DNA from: Amphiscolops sp. MND2022
Taxonomy: Eukaryota
Reading direction: 5' to 3'
NCBI GenBank assembly: GCA_964187785.1
Contig: OZ076409.1
Coordinates: 80,168,001-80,232,000 of the forward strand
DNA length: 64,000 nucleotides
Below the pieces are notes generated by a model. The model saw only the letters and a list, made by a program, of their open reading frames with translations. It had not been told where the DNA came from and ran no database searches. Of the stretch, positions 36,142 through 48,279 are shown in pieces (within the stretch, counting starts at the first letter, position 1; each line of letters starts with the position of its first letter). The translations under genes were made by a program, and so were the position numbers.

Positions 36142-39100
36142 GAACAGAAGACGGCCATGTTTTAAGAAACCGACTGTTATAGAAACTTCTCGTCTTGGTA
36201 AACCAGAAAACCTGAAACAATCTGATTTAAATATATTCCTTCGGTTGCAAAATTCAGCTTTCGAAATTCATACGTGAAAAAAGCACCCTCTGGGTCCTAA
36301 TCGCAATTTGTTAGTTTAGGTAAATGTGTATTACCACTTGAACAAAAAGAAAATGTCCGATTTTAGATGTTATTATCTGAAATCCAAATAAAGTTCAGCC
36401 TTTCCATAATTACTAGTTTGAGACATGGAAATTCGTGGTAGTCATGCTATATCAATGCTTCATTACATGTAGAGTGTGAATTCCTTTTCTAGTTTCATAT
36501 GGTAGGTCAACCCAGTCAACCTAAAAGGAACTCATGTTATGTCAGTAGGTCTTTTAACTTGAGCTCTTTGATCATACTAGCTGTGTGTGTATCAACGTGG
36601 AAAATATTTTACGCTCCGTTTCCAATTGTTGAATGGTTACACACGTTATAAACTATCATAGCTGAATTTTCAGTGAAAACATCAAGAGAGTGCTCTTTTC
36701 CGCTGCACGTTTTCCCGTTAGAACTTTTTAATACCTATACACTTATGAGTTTTTGTTTCAATTAGCTTTTGCAAAAGATGATAGAAAGGTTTGCCATATT
36801 TTTGATGCAAATTTTGCAAAGACCTGAAGAGAATCGAGAACTAAAGCGAAAGTTTCTTCGTGTCCCCTTACGGCTAAATTAGTTTTAACATGTCGAGCAA
36901 AATGGGTTTGCAAATTTCTCCGGTACTAAAGACAGCCCAGAGGTTCATCCATGTTGACAACTTTTATACGCGCTCCGTTCATTTCAGACAATTTTCACCG
37001 TAAGTGTGTGTCGTGAAACACGTTTTCTATTTGTCAGCTACTTGTCAGCTCATAAAAATTTGTGAAACCCAGAATAAATTATGAGCATGAATCATTGAAT
37101 TGACCTTGGATTCGATTCATTGGAGTGAATATTTTTGACAGTCCATATAAATTATCCTTGAACAACGGCATGATTATGATTGCAGAAAATATAAATTTTC
37201 TCAAAGTTTGCCATAAAGTTTACAGAAATCTAGCAATTTTAAACACTTTTATGACAATGCAATTGCCCTTTGATCAATAAAAACATGAACATGAGAACGT
37301 TTCTCATTTCAAGTGCGGCCTACGATGAGCTGTTGAACGAAAATTTTGTCTGGCTGATAGGAATTGATATGCAGAAAAATTTCACGTTTCCCAATTCAAA
37401 GGGGATGCCGACTTTGTGAGAAAAGCTTCCCTGGTTGAATGAATGCTCAGATGAAATGTACAGAACAGCAGTGAAAGAGTACTGACTGTTGCGGAAATAT
37501 TGGCAGTGTCCAATAAATTTTGAAGAGTAAAAGGGGGGTTTGTGTATTTGTATGGGGTCTTAAGGGGGAGTAGTTGATTTTGGTGGTGGAATTTGGCTGT
37601 TTTGTGGCGGCCGGTGACTGAGGTGCTTTTCATTGGAAGCTGCTTGTTACACAAAACAACAGACGGTGCGCTCATATCAAAGATTTCTCTGCAAATGTTA
37701 CCGCTCTTTGATCTATGGCAACTGTTTATCCGCCAAAATCACATCAAACAAAAACTGTAATCAATTGCTCTCTTTACTCGATATTTTAGTCACCAATCTT
37801 ATCCAACGTTGCTTTTCTCGCTCCTTCTTCGTTTCAAATCCGGCTGCCGTTACAGCCACCGACCTCCGTCCGAGTTGCAGTATTTCTCTTATTTTCAATC
37901 GCGCATTTATCATTATTGTTATTACTATACACTGGTTCTTATATCTCGTCTCGTTGCGTGAAGTAGTGTAAGTAAGTGTTTGCTCCAACCTTAGCCTCGA
38001 CTAAATTATCATAACTCGTGCCATTGTTTCTCCCCAACCATACTCAATTTCACTCAACATTGTGTGCCAAGATCCCCGCATTCCCTCTCTGGCTTCATTT
38101 TCAGCCTCATTTTCCGGATCAGGAGAGCCAGAACTTGCTGGCATTAATACTTCCAAGTATGCAGATGTATATTGTATATGATATACATTCTACAAACTCT
38201 CACATTTATAATATCCTTGTGGTAAAAACAGCGGAACCCGTGTCCGAGTGAAGTGAATTGAATTCTTGTTTTTCATCTCGTAACTTGACGTCGTAACTTG
38301 ACGTCGTGCATCAGTTGTTTTGCACTAAACAGCGTCTCACTTTTTTCTTTGTTCTTTTTCTTTTTCGTGAATACTCGTCGCCGTTTGTTCTGTGAACAAG
38401 ATTTGGCGTGAACAAGAAAGCGAAAGTAGTGAAATAGAACATTGTCGATCGCGAGTAGAACCTCCTCCGCATGGCCGGAGTTCAAAGCTAAGATACTTTG
38501 ATCTTGAAGCTGCAACCGCATCCAACAAATGCTTTTCTAGTTGTTTCATCATCCAGATTATTTTAGCCACATATTAATCAAGTGTCCACAATTCCCCGCT
38601 GGTTATAACTCAGTCTGGATGTAAATTAAAGTTATCTCAAACATTCGAGTAATTGTCACAACTTTCAAAAGACAACAAAAGACTTGCCGAAAAAGGAAAC
38701 AACGAAAAAAAAAGAGATCCAAAAGAGCGTGAGTTGATTTAATAGCAATCTAGATTTGCAAAAATAATTGATAACAAACGTGGAATTGGAAATATTGATT
38801 AAAAAAATGACTATGAAAGAATAGAAACGATCGATTAAATTTTTTGGCATCAATTGATCTTCTGACTAGGAATTTTCCCTCTTTTTGTGTGGGTATAAAT
38901 TTTTTCTTTTGGAAAGTTTTTCAAAGCGTTTGAAGCTTTTAGAACAATAAAATAAATGCCGGATGAAAAGCGTAATAAAGTGATAAAACTTCATTCTACA
39001 AGCCTTTGCGTTTAATCCAAACAAATCCTTTAGAGACGGGCAAATATTTTGTTTTGCAAACAAAGAAATCAAAGGGATCAATAAACAGCCAATGCGAAAG

Positions 39101-40327
39101 GAAAATATTGCATCGCTGTTGTAAATATTCATATTTGAAAGTATTTTGAAGTTTTTCGGGAGAACAACATGAGTTTTTTCTTTCCAAACCCAAAAAAAAC
39201 ACTTCCTAAAAACATTTCTCAACAATTCCTGAAAAAAAAAACATTCAACTCACTGTTTTAATGACGTCACACAAATTCATACAAGCATCACATAAGCTCT
39301 TAATTTTTGACATTTTCTATATTTTCACATTATTCTATGTGTGTGACGAGAGAGAAAAAAGTTCCGCAACATTCATCACGTGAGAAGGAAACTTTAAAAA
39401 CCAGCAATAAAATTAGGATTCAACAGCAAGTAATTGATTTTCTATAGCATGAGTTCACGTATACGAAATCAGGCATCATTGGCTTATTTTGATTCTTGCA
39501 TTTACAGTAGAAACCTAGGCTAACTTCAATAAGGAGACAACATTCCATTCTTCAAGGATTATAACTAATTGATTGTTTGTCTGATGTTCTCGATAAAATT
39601 CAAAATAAAGTTGAAAATCAAGTGAAGTTCAAGTTCAGAGCGCAATTATGTTTTTCAAAACTACATGAGCAATTAAATGAATAAACCCTGAACTTCTTTC
39701 TGATTGGTTGACTATGTTGGAATGGAATGAGACTTTATCTAGCCGGAGCATAAATTTATCTAGCCGGATGTCTGTCAGACGGTTCGTAAACACGTCAACC
39801 GTTTGAAAGACGAATAACCAAGTTATAAAATAAATTCAATCAAATTAAATCAAAGTTGGCTGGACCGGTTCATGTAACAAGAGACTTGTTGAAATGAAAA
39901 TTCAAAAACCTAAGAAAAGTACATCCTTGAACTTTGACCTAATAGCAAGAAACAAAACTATTCAACCGGAAATTTTCACTTTTCAAACCCATATATCTCT
40001 TTGTGTTCCTTCTACTCTGGCTAACTAGACACTATTGAAAGTTTTTAGTGGGCTAAATTTATTAAAAAAGTGCCCTGCTTTTACGAAAACTTGTTTTTCA
40101 TTTTTTTCTTATGTTCACAGATAATATTCGAATGCTCTCTTTATTACATACCTTTTGACTGAGATCGGAAGAGTACCTAAAAAGACCATTTTACATTTCA
40201 ACTTCAGATAGAATCTAGTAGGACACCAAAAGAATTCCCCTTTTGTAATTTTTTGACGAAGTGTGGCTATTTTCTTCTTCACCAAAATGCCTTTTTTGAT
40301 TTTTGGAGATTTTCTGTTTGAAAAATT

Positions 40328-40353
40328 GTGTGTGTGTGTGTGTGTGTGTGTGT
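40328..40353. repeat. (TG)n microsatellite
   Basis: About 13 TG units. Confidence 0.95.
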
Positions 40354-40507
40354 TTCCAAAAGGTTTCCATTTGAAAAAAATAGCAATCTTATGTTTTAAT
40401 CAGCCTTTTACACATTTTTAGTCGACGCTTTATTTTAAATAAAAAGCGCAACTAAAATAGTTCTACAAACGTTCTACAAAACCTTTACATCTTGAAATGT
40501 TTGGCCC

Positions 40508-41130
40508 AGCGCGCTATATCCGATTTTTTGACGTTATATCCGTGTTAAATTTCGTTTCATCAAGGAGGAGGCGGCGGTTCAAAAATATTGCGCTATATCC
40601 AAATTTTCGATGTTATATTCAAAATATATTGCTTTATACTAAGGAGGAGGTTCAAAAAAAGCGCTCCCATTTGGTCCAGCTCGCAATATCCCAACTTTTG
40701 ACATTATATCCGAGGTAAATGGCGTTTTACCAAGGCGGAGGCGGGGGTTGGAAAATATTGCGCTATACTCGAATTTTTGACACTATGCCCGTATTTAATC
40801 GTGTTTTACTAAGGAAGACGCGGAGATTTGAAAATATCGCCCTATATCCGAATTTTCGACGTTATATCCGAAATATATTGTGTTTTAATAAGGAAGAGGC
40901 GGAGGTTTGAACAAATGCTCTCCCATTTAATTGTTCCAGCAAGCTATATCCGAACTTTGACGTTATATGCGAAGTGAATTGCATTCTACTAAGGAGGAGA
41001 CGGAGTTGCGAATTTTATTGCTTTCGATGTTTTGTTTTCTTGCAACTTCAAAAAAAGAACGTCATATCCGAATTATATACGTTATATCCTAAGTAAATGG
41101 TGTTTTAACCAAGGAGGAGGTGGAGGTTCC
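40508..41130. repeat. Degenerate tandem repeat, about 7 units of 80-120 bp (GCGCTATATCCGAATTTTCGACGTTATATCCG...AAGGAGGAGGCGGAGGTT)
   Basis: Units start near 40510, 40590, 40682, 40760, 40838, 40942 and 41062. Confidence 0.75.
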
Positions 41131-41229
41131 AATTTTACTATTTCAAAAACAATTTATAAACAGTCGGATTTAAAAATTCCCCAAAGTTCCACTCATGTTT
41201 TTTTCTGCAAACCTTTTGATCAAGGTGTG

Positions 41230-43128
41230 TGTTGGAACTTACGTTCCTATTAATACTTTCGTTTCCTGTATTTTCTATCGGGTCCGTTTCCAGTTCGAAA
41301 TGTACGGCAGAACTACACTGTTCTGAGACAGAATTGGACAGATTGTCCACTTTTGATGCTAAGTTCTCGATCAACCTCAGAATTTCTCTCTGTCCGAATT
41401 CAGTGTCTCTTAAACGCTTGGACAAACGATTCTCTATTTTATTGGAGATATCTTCGAAATCTTGTTCAGAGAGGCTAACATTTTCGTCATTTGAGGCGTT
41501 ACAATTCTCAATTTCCTCTTGGCTAGTCCCTTGGTCACTCCTTAGCTTTCTTTTCTGTGACTTTTCGGGCATTTTCAAGAAAGTATTCCTGCTTGGAAAA
41601 TTGAATTGAGTATTTTCTTGATAATAGTTATAGGTAAACTATTCCCAAGCAACGCTGGTTAATCACGAAATAATACCCAAAAGTTCAAAGATTACGGACG
41701 AATGGTTTTCAACAAACGGGTGAAATCAACAATTATCAAAAGTAGAGATTTACAAAATAATACTTGGAAAAACGATCAAAGTAGTTCGTACAATCATGAA
41801 ATTACTTCTGGTCCTTTCCTTATCCCGCTTCAGGTATTTATACTTTACGCTAGACACGCGGAATAAATCCCGCGCGTGAATTCACACCTTGTTCAGCTCG
41901 GCGTCCTTCCGAGGCGGGAAACTTTGAATCAGGTCCACATCCTCGGGACTCGGCTCTCGGCGTCATCTCACTTTTAAGGAAAAGTGGGAATCAACTTCCT
42001 GCCGAAGTCCCAATTCCGCTTCGCTTTCTTCTCAGCTTCCCGCCAATTCAAGACGCCGAACCAAAGTCGGCACTGAAATTCATGAACCTAGCTACTAAAG
42101 CGGGAAAGGAAAGTGAAATTGTCATCGAATAATCCCAAATTTTACTGCCAATAAATTAAGGGAAAAGCTTCAAATGAATAAATCAACAGCACTGATTTAC
42201 ATTAAATCAGATAATTATGGCTGTCAAATGTCATTTTAAGTTGAACCGAACAATAAAAATCCTGGATGAACGCCAGGTAACATGTTTCATTTCGAGTAGC
42301 CTAGCCGGTTGACCAGGCGGTTGACTCAATTATACATGAACAGAACAATACATGTGAAGGTGAATGTTAGCACGGGGGGGTTATTTTATCACAATATTAT
42401 TATATATTATAATCAACAAGGACGGCTTTGCAATTTAGGTGGTTGGAAGTTGCATTTCAATTAACTATTTTCAATCATCTGTCCAGGCTGTTGTTTCATT
42501 AAGGAAAAATAGCGCCTTGCCTGGGAGATTGACTCAGATGGAAAGTGGATTAAACATATTATGATACTTCAAAATACCGTTGATTGGCGTTTATTAGGTG
42601 TTCTTTTGGTACTTAGCTTCTTTTAAGCTGTGACAAACTCATTTGAAAATTGCATCGATTAATTATAATTTGAGTACTCAGGTAGTGCGACTGAGCGAGC
42701 GTCCCAGCTTCAGTCGACTGGTAAGTTGCCTGGGACGTTGACTCAGTTATTCAATTTGTAACAACTGCGCTCGAATCTGATTGGTCAATATGAATTGGCT
42801 TAATGAAATTTGCTACTTCAGCTGAGGCGAATCCCCAGTCAACGCGTTGATTGAATTAATTTCAGTCAGCGCATTGGCTAGGTTGACTAAACAAATACTG
42901 CATTCACTATTATTATTTAATTATTTACATATGTATGTATTTTAGCTACAGCACAGAGGAGGGGAATGTACGATTGTGTGTTATTCAAATAATATCAAGC
43001 TGTTTGTTGTCCTTTTTATTTTAGATTTGTTTATGGTAATTCTGGTCAGTTCTGATTGATTTCCTCACTCTCTTCTTCAGGCGTTCCTCCCGTTGTATGT
43101 GTCCCGTGACGCCTCTGGGGTCGCGACA
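41230..43128 (-). repeat. Element B 3' LTR
   Basis: Direct repeat of 54787-56685 with about 3 substitutions counted by eye. Confidence 0.97.
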
Positions 43129-43672
43129 GTCCCCGGCTTTCTTGAGGGACGTCCGGTACAGGAGGGAGTGGGGAAATCGGTCTGAACGGCGACGAAATAG
43201 GCTGTTGAAAAACAGATTGTACTAGGGAGTCGTAAGTGAACCACGACGAGTCTGTCGTCCAGTCACTCCCCGAGAAGTAGCCAATTGAGCTAGAATGGCT
43301 CGAAATGGGACTGACTGTGCCATTGATGGGGGCGAATAACCAACTATCCATTTCATCGTAATCTCGGGGTGGACTGACATTTATGTCATCTTGGATCACG
43401 GGGTTGTCCCTGGTGAATCGCCGGATAGTCGGGCCCTCTTCGCTCGCTGTAGAGAGGATTGCCATTGGCGCTGTGTCGTGATGCAACACCATATGCTCTT
43501 CTTTGGTCTTGATGATCTCGTATAAATCATGTACTACGGCGGGGGGGGAGCCGTTTTGTGGATTTAATTGGGTAGTGGGTGTAGATTGCGCTTGAGGTAA
43601 TTGTAAGTATTCGTCCTGGTCGCGGTCCAGAATAAAGCAGTCGTTAGATAAATCGAATTCTGGTGTCGGCAT
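43046..43672 (-). CDS. Element B extra sense ORF (208 aa, acidic and Ser/Pro-rich), crossing the PPT position and ending inside the 3' LTR
   Basis: ATG-initiated open frame, more GC-rich than its AT-rich flanks; no recognisable domain. Confidence 0.55.
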   Translation of the reverse strand: MPTPEFDLSNDCFILDRDQDEYLQLPQAQSTPTTQLNPQNGSPPAVVHDLYEIIKTKEEHMVLHHDTAPMAILSTASEEGPTIRRFTRDNPVIQDDINVSPPRDYDEMDSWLFAPINGTVSPISSHSSSIGYFSGSDWTTDSSWFTYDSLVQSVFQQPISSPFRPISPLPPVPDVPQESRGLSRPQRRHGTHTTGGTPEEESEEINQN

Positions 43673-44011
43673 TGTTTCTTTGGTTGTAATTGCAAGTATA
43701 GCAATAATTGTTTTGACAATGCTAGGCTGCTAACAATTTGAGAGTAAGCTGCGGAATAAAGGTAATTATAGTCGACTGCGTTGGGAATAGTTGAAACGTT
43801 TAAGTGATAATTCCCTTCGTTGTATTTCGTTCACGCCGCCTGCGTGATTGAGAAAGTTTTCAGCTGGCAGACTGAATGACTTCCATTACGTCATAATAAT
43901 AATATTTCATATTAATAATTACGTTGGTTTTACGCCACGTCTTCGTTTTAATCCCTTTGATGTTATGGTATGGTACTTTTGAGATTTGCATTGTTATTGT
44001 CGTAACTTGTG

Positions 44012-47000
44012 ATGGCTGAGTCTACTGATGAGGATGCCGCTCGATTTCTGCAATCTCGGCATGTGGGCATTATCGAAAGTGAAGCGGAGGTGGGAAGGAG
44101 GGATGAGTCAGTCGAAGAGGGTGAGTCTGAGTCGCGTCTTGTGATTGCGGAGAGTTCGAAAGAAGGGGAATCTGTTGAGGAGACTGGAGATGGCGACAGT
44201 CCTTGTCCACAGGATGTTCGCCGTGTTCCTGGATTTGGAGAGGTGGACGATGGTTCAGAAGAGGAAAGTGCTTCTGAGAGAGACAGCGTTTCCGATGATA
44301 CTTTGCATTCCGACGAGTTGGGCGAGAGTGATTCAACCCATTCCACTGGCAGTGACGCCAGGCATGGTATAGACTTCCTTCATGACCAGCTTGGTAAGTC
44401 CTTAGCTATTCTGTTAATGGCCAGTTAACGTTATGCGAGCTAGTATTCTGACGCGTCAATTCATATACTTTCGTATTCTTTGTAGGTCTTTCTGATGATT
44501 CCAAAGACGAGGATTTCTCTCCTGGCAAATTGCCTCCCGTTTCCGTGTTTCGGCGGAGTAAGCGTTTGAGCTCTGTTCCGCAGGAGGGGCCAAGTAAGCG
44601 AGCTCGTGAGATGTCACTTGGTGGAGTCGCTGGATCCGGTGATGAGGAGTCATCCAATGTTTCTACTGTAGGGCATGAAGGTAGGAATTCATTTGTGTTT
44701 GCTGATTGTCCGGAAGTATTGGGGGGCTGGGTTGTTTTCTTTCTGTCCTCGATGTTTAGTTGCCGGTTGTATTTCAGGGCGTAGAGTTAGAATTGCGGAC
44801 GATGTTTCGAGTGATGCTATCTTTGACGTTCCTGGCGTCTCTCAGGATGATGATGGGGTTACCGTCGTTGGTGCAAGTTCCTCCAAAGTGGTGCACGAGC
44901 GTACTCAACATAATCGCCCTGCAGAAGGACTAGAGGCTTCTGTTCTTCACAACGAATGGGAGAAAGGTTAATCCTCTCGTTATGTCTGTGGGTTTCGGGT
45001 CTTGATTGGTATCGGTTGCATTGTTTGAAATTTTGTTCAGCTCTCAGTATTTGCGTTTCTGTTTCAGCTGGGTTATCTGAAGTTCCGGCAGGTGCTGTGT
45101 GTCTCTCCTCTTCTCAGGTGTTGGCGTTTGGGCAAGCTGCTGTTCGCTTGGAGAAAACTCAGTCGCGTATGGAGTCCCGCTCCTTGACCCGCCGTAAGTC
45201 ATTACTAAGTTGTTTCTTCCGATTGGTTCGCTTTGTTGTTTGTTTGTGTTTCCGACTGATTTGTTTATAACTCTCTGTATGGTTGCTTCTGTTGGTCTTC
45301 AGTTGGTAGTGGTTTTGTTCTGTATTTGTAAGTATTTAGTTGTGTTTAGAACTTGAAGAAGTTGTGCGACTGCTGAAGTCGAAAGGGATTCGCCTGCATC
45401 GCGATCAGTCTGAGTCTGGGGCTGAGGACGAGGCCAAACGGAAGCTGTATGCATCCTACTTGAAAAAGAAGAAACGTCAAACTGAACGTCATGTACTCCG
45501 GAAGGAGATGGCCGAGCATGCCATACCCCGATTGTTCGTGAGTCGGCGTTCTGACAAGAATCCGAATGGGTTCAATTGCGCAATCTGTCGTAAGGACATC
45601 TCCTTCTTGAGCAAGGGAGAACCAGAGATTTGGCGTCACTTCGGGAGTAAAACTCATTTCCTGCGTGATAGACGATACAGACTTGACCACGAGGATTATT
45701 TGTACACCTCACGATTTGATGCTGTGGAAGTCTCATCTATCTCAGCTGATTTACGGGCGGAGATCGAAAAAACCCCTGCTGTTGTCCTTGGTTGCAAGAA
45801 TCCGTTCGTCGAGGATGAGGTCGATGCTCTGGTTGGGGTGTCGTCGAATGTTCCTGCTTCTACTCTTGTGGGGGGTTTATTTGAACTCTTGCGTAGTGGT
45901 GGATCACACAGCTTCCTCAGGAGGTTATGGAATCAATTTAGAACCACGATGCCCGTTGATTCAGAGTGTGCTCACACGACTTGGAGCAAGACAGAGTCTC
46001 TCGTGATTTTGACTCAAACCTTGTATCCCAGGATCATCCGTCGCGTGCAGACTTGGTGTAAGGACGCTCACTTTAGCGTCAGTTTCCGCGAGGATCGTGA
46101 TGGTCTTCGGTGTTTTGTACACTGTTGGAATGCCGGTAATTTGCATGAAGTCTGTGTGTTGTGGGAACCCGTGAGGCCTGGTATCTGTGACGCTGAGATT
46201 TCCTGTTTGTCCCGATTACTAGCTGTTCTTCCTGCTGGGGCTACGCCTGTGTCGCTACGTGGTTGTTCGTCGACCCTTTTCAATGTCGTCGTTGAATGGT
46301 GTAAGGCTGACAGTCGTCCTGTGCCAATTCTAATGATGGAGTATTCTGTGGAGATGTTCAAAGGGCATGTGCGTGAGGCTTCTGGGCCAAGCATTGGGTC
46401 TTTGGATCCTTTCTCCATCGTTGAGTATCTTCTTCTTCGTTTGGGGAAAGCTTCGCATCAGCCCTGGCTTATGGGTTTGAGTGAGTTGCGTCGTTGTGTG
46501 CAGCAGTGTGCCGTACCCTTCTCTTCTCTATGTGCAGTGCTGGAGGAATTGATATGCACCTGGGGTGATGTTCAGTCTTGTTTGAAAGAATCCTCGATTG
46601 TTCCTGCCAGTCGTACTAAAGCGCCTGCTGATTTGAATCAGATGATCTTGGCTGATGCCCAAGTGTTGCCTCGTTTGTGCTTGTTACATCTTCTGGTGTC
46701 GTGCTTCCAGGCGAATTTCCAAAAACTTTTCGCTCAAGGGATTTGTGATTACAGTTGTCGCAATTATGGCGAGTTCTGCTTTTTCTATTGGAGCATCCTG
46801 AGCAAAGTGAAGAAACTGTCTGATCTTCCTGACATTAACGCTTGGAGTGAGTACATTGGGCGACCTCTGAATTCGTGGTCTAATGTGGCATATGTTGACT
46901 GCTTCCGAGGTGAGCGTATTGTTGGGCTTGCCATGACAGGATTTACAGATGCTCGGAAACGGACTTTCTTGCGAGATTGTCATGGTCTATTGATGGAATT

Positions 47001-47982
47001 CTTGAAGGTGCTGTCACGTTGTCCATTCATTCTCTCTCAGTTTGCGTCAAATTTGAGTTGTTTCGCACCAGATATGCTGCTTCTGGGAGATGAAAAGTAT
47101 ACAGTTGAACTGTTCCGTGGGTTGATGGCGTGTTTCCAGGAGTGTGGGCGTGTGACGAATGTTGTTGCTGAGGGCGCCTGCAATGAGTTCAAGTCGTTTT
47201 TGGTGGAACTTCGTCGTCGCAACCGACGTCTTGTGGATACCATCACAGATAGTTTCGTTTTCATGCAGCAGTTTGAAGCTTTTGGCTGTCGGGAGAATTT
47301 GGCTCGGGTGGTTCAGTTGGCTTCACTTGTGGCTATTCCTCGTGAGGTGTGTTACCCGGTCGTGGAGTTCTCTCTGAGTGGCGTTCAGGTCCCTACGAAG
47401 ATATTGTTGTCTTCCATCTTTGCTGTGCAGTCTTTCATTTCTGCTCCTGGGTTCAATTCCGGTGAATTGTTGACCAAAGACTGCTTGCTTGAGCTGAAAA
47501 CCAATTTGCCTGTTGGGAGGGACTTTCTGAGTAATGAGAGTTTCGCTCCGTGGCGACCGTTGTATGTGCTCAGCCGTCAGGATCTGTACCGTGGTTTGCG
47601 GGGCCGGTTCGATGAGTACTATTTGGAGCAAGTTGCCGAGTGGCGCCGTCGGTCTGGTCAGCCACCTCTTACTGGCTTGTCATCTTCCGCGACGTTGTCC
47701 GTTGCTGATGTCAGTCCACAAGCGTCGGTGGCCCCTGGATTGGTTGTGGATACGTCTGTCTCCCCAGTATCAATTGATGTGTCTTCTGCTGTTGTTGGAG
47801 CAGGGAGAAGTACAGAGTCCGCAGAGTCCCCTCAGGCTTCCTCTTTATTTGCTGCCTTGTCGCATTCCCCGACTTCTTCCCGTGATGTGACTCGAATGTT
47901 GAGGCAGAAACGAGAAGCTCGGCGAGCATCGCAGGAAGCAGCGACTGCTGGGAAGGATTCGACCCCAATAAAGAAGCGCTAG
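44012..47982 (+). CDS. Element B antisense accessory gene, 5 exons (44012-44393, 44486-44680, 44778-44966, 45068-45193, 45350-47982), about 1174 aa, intact; acidic N-terminus, BED-like finger, hAT-transposase-like body
   Basis: Four phase-1 GT...AG introns (donors GTAAGT, GTAGGA, GTTAAT, GTAAGT) join the ORF pieces into a 3525-nt frame. Finger is CAICRKDISFLSKGEPEIWRHFGSKTH. An alternative in-frame acceptor for exon 4 exists at 45041. Confidence 0.85.
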
Positions 47983-48279
47983 AGAGGGTTGTCTGCCACC
48001 TGAGGTTGTTGTATTTAGACTTCGTAATTGACTGCAGTATTGTTGTTCTTTTTATTTTATTTAAATTCTTTGTAGTATTCCTTGTAAAAAAAACGTGTAC
48101 GTTGGGAAAAGAAAAGAGAAAAGTTGAGTTGTAGTTTGTCCTCTGATGGGGTATTATCGCAATACATTTTTGGCCCCTCGTGTACGTTTTCTCTTGAGTT
48201 CTCAGGTTGAGATATAGTGATAAGTAAGTCGTAAGTAGGTCAGTAAGTGAGGCGATTACCTTTTGGAAGAATGAAATAT

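Noticed and set aside
37380..38580. Possible minus-strand host-gene exons
   Set aside because: Some coding-like stretches, but no consistent spliced frame or recognisable domain could be built.
45340..47982. env gene interpretation of the post-pol ORF
   Set aside because: Antisense orientation, no signal peptide or transmembrane anchor apparent, and it carries a zinc finger and NLS-like motifs.
43700..48250. Independent hAT transposon nested in element B (or in A)
   Set aside because: No TIRs or 8-bp TSD seen, catalytic residues appear absent, and the position and orientation are the same in two divergent elements.
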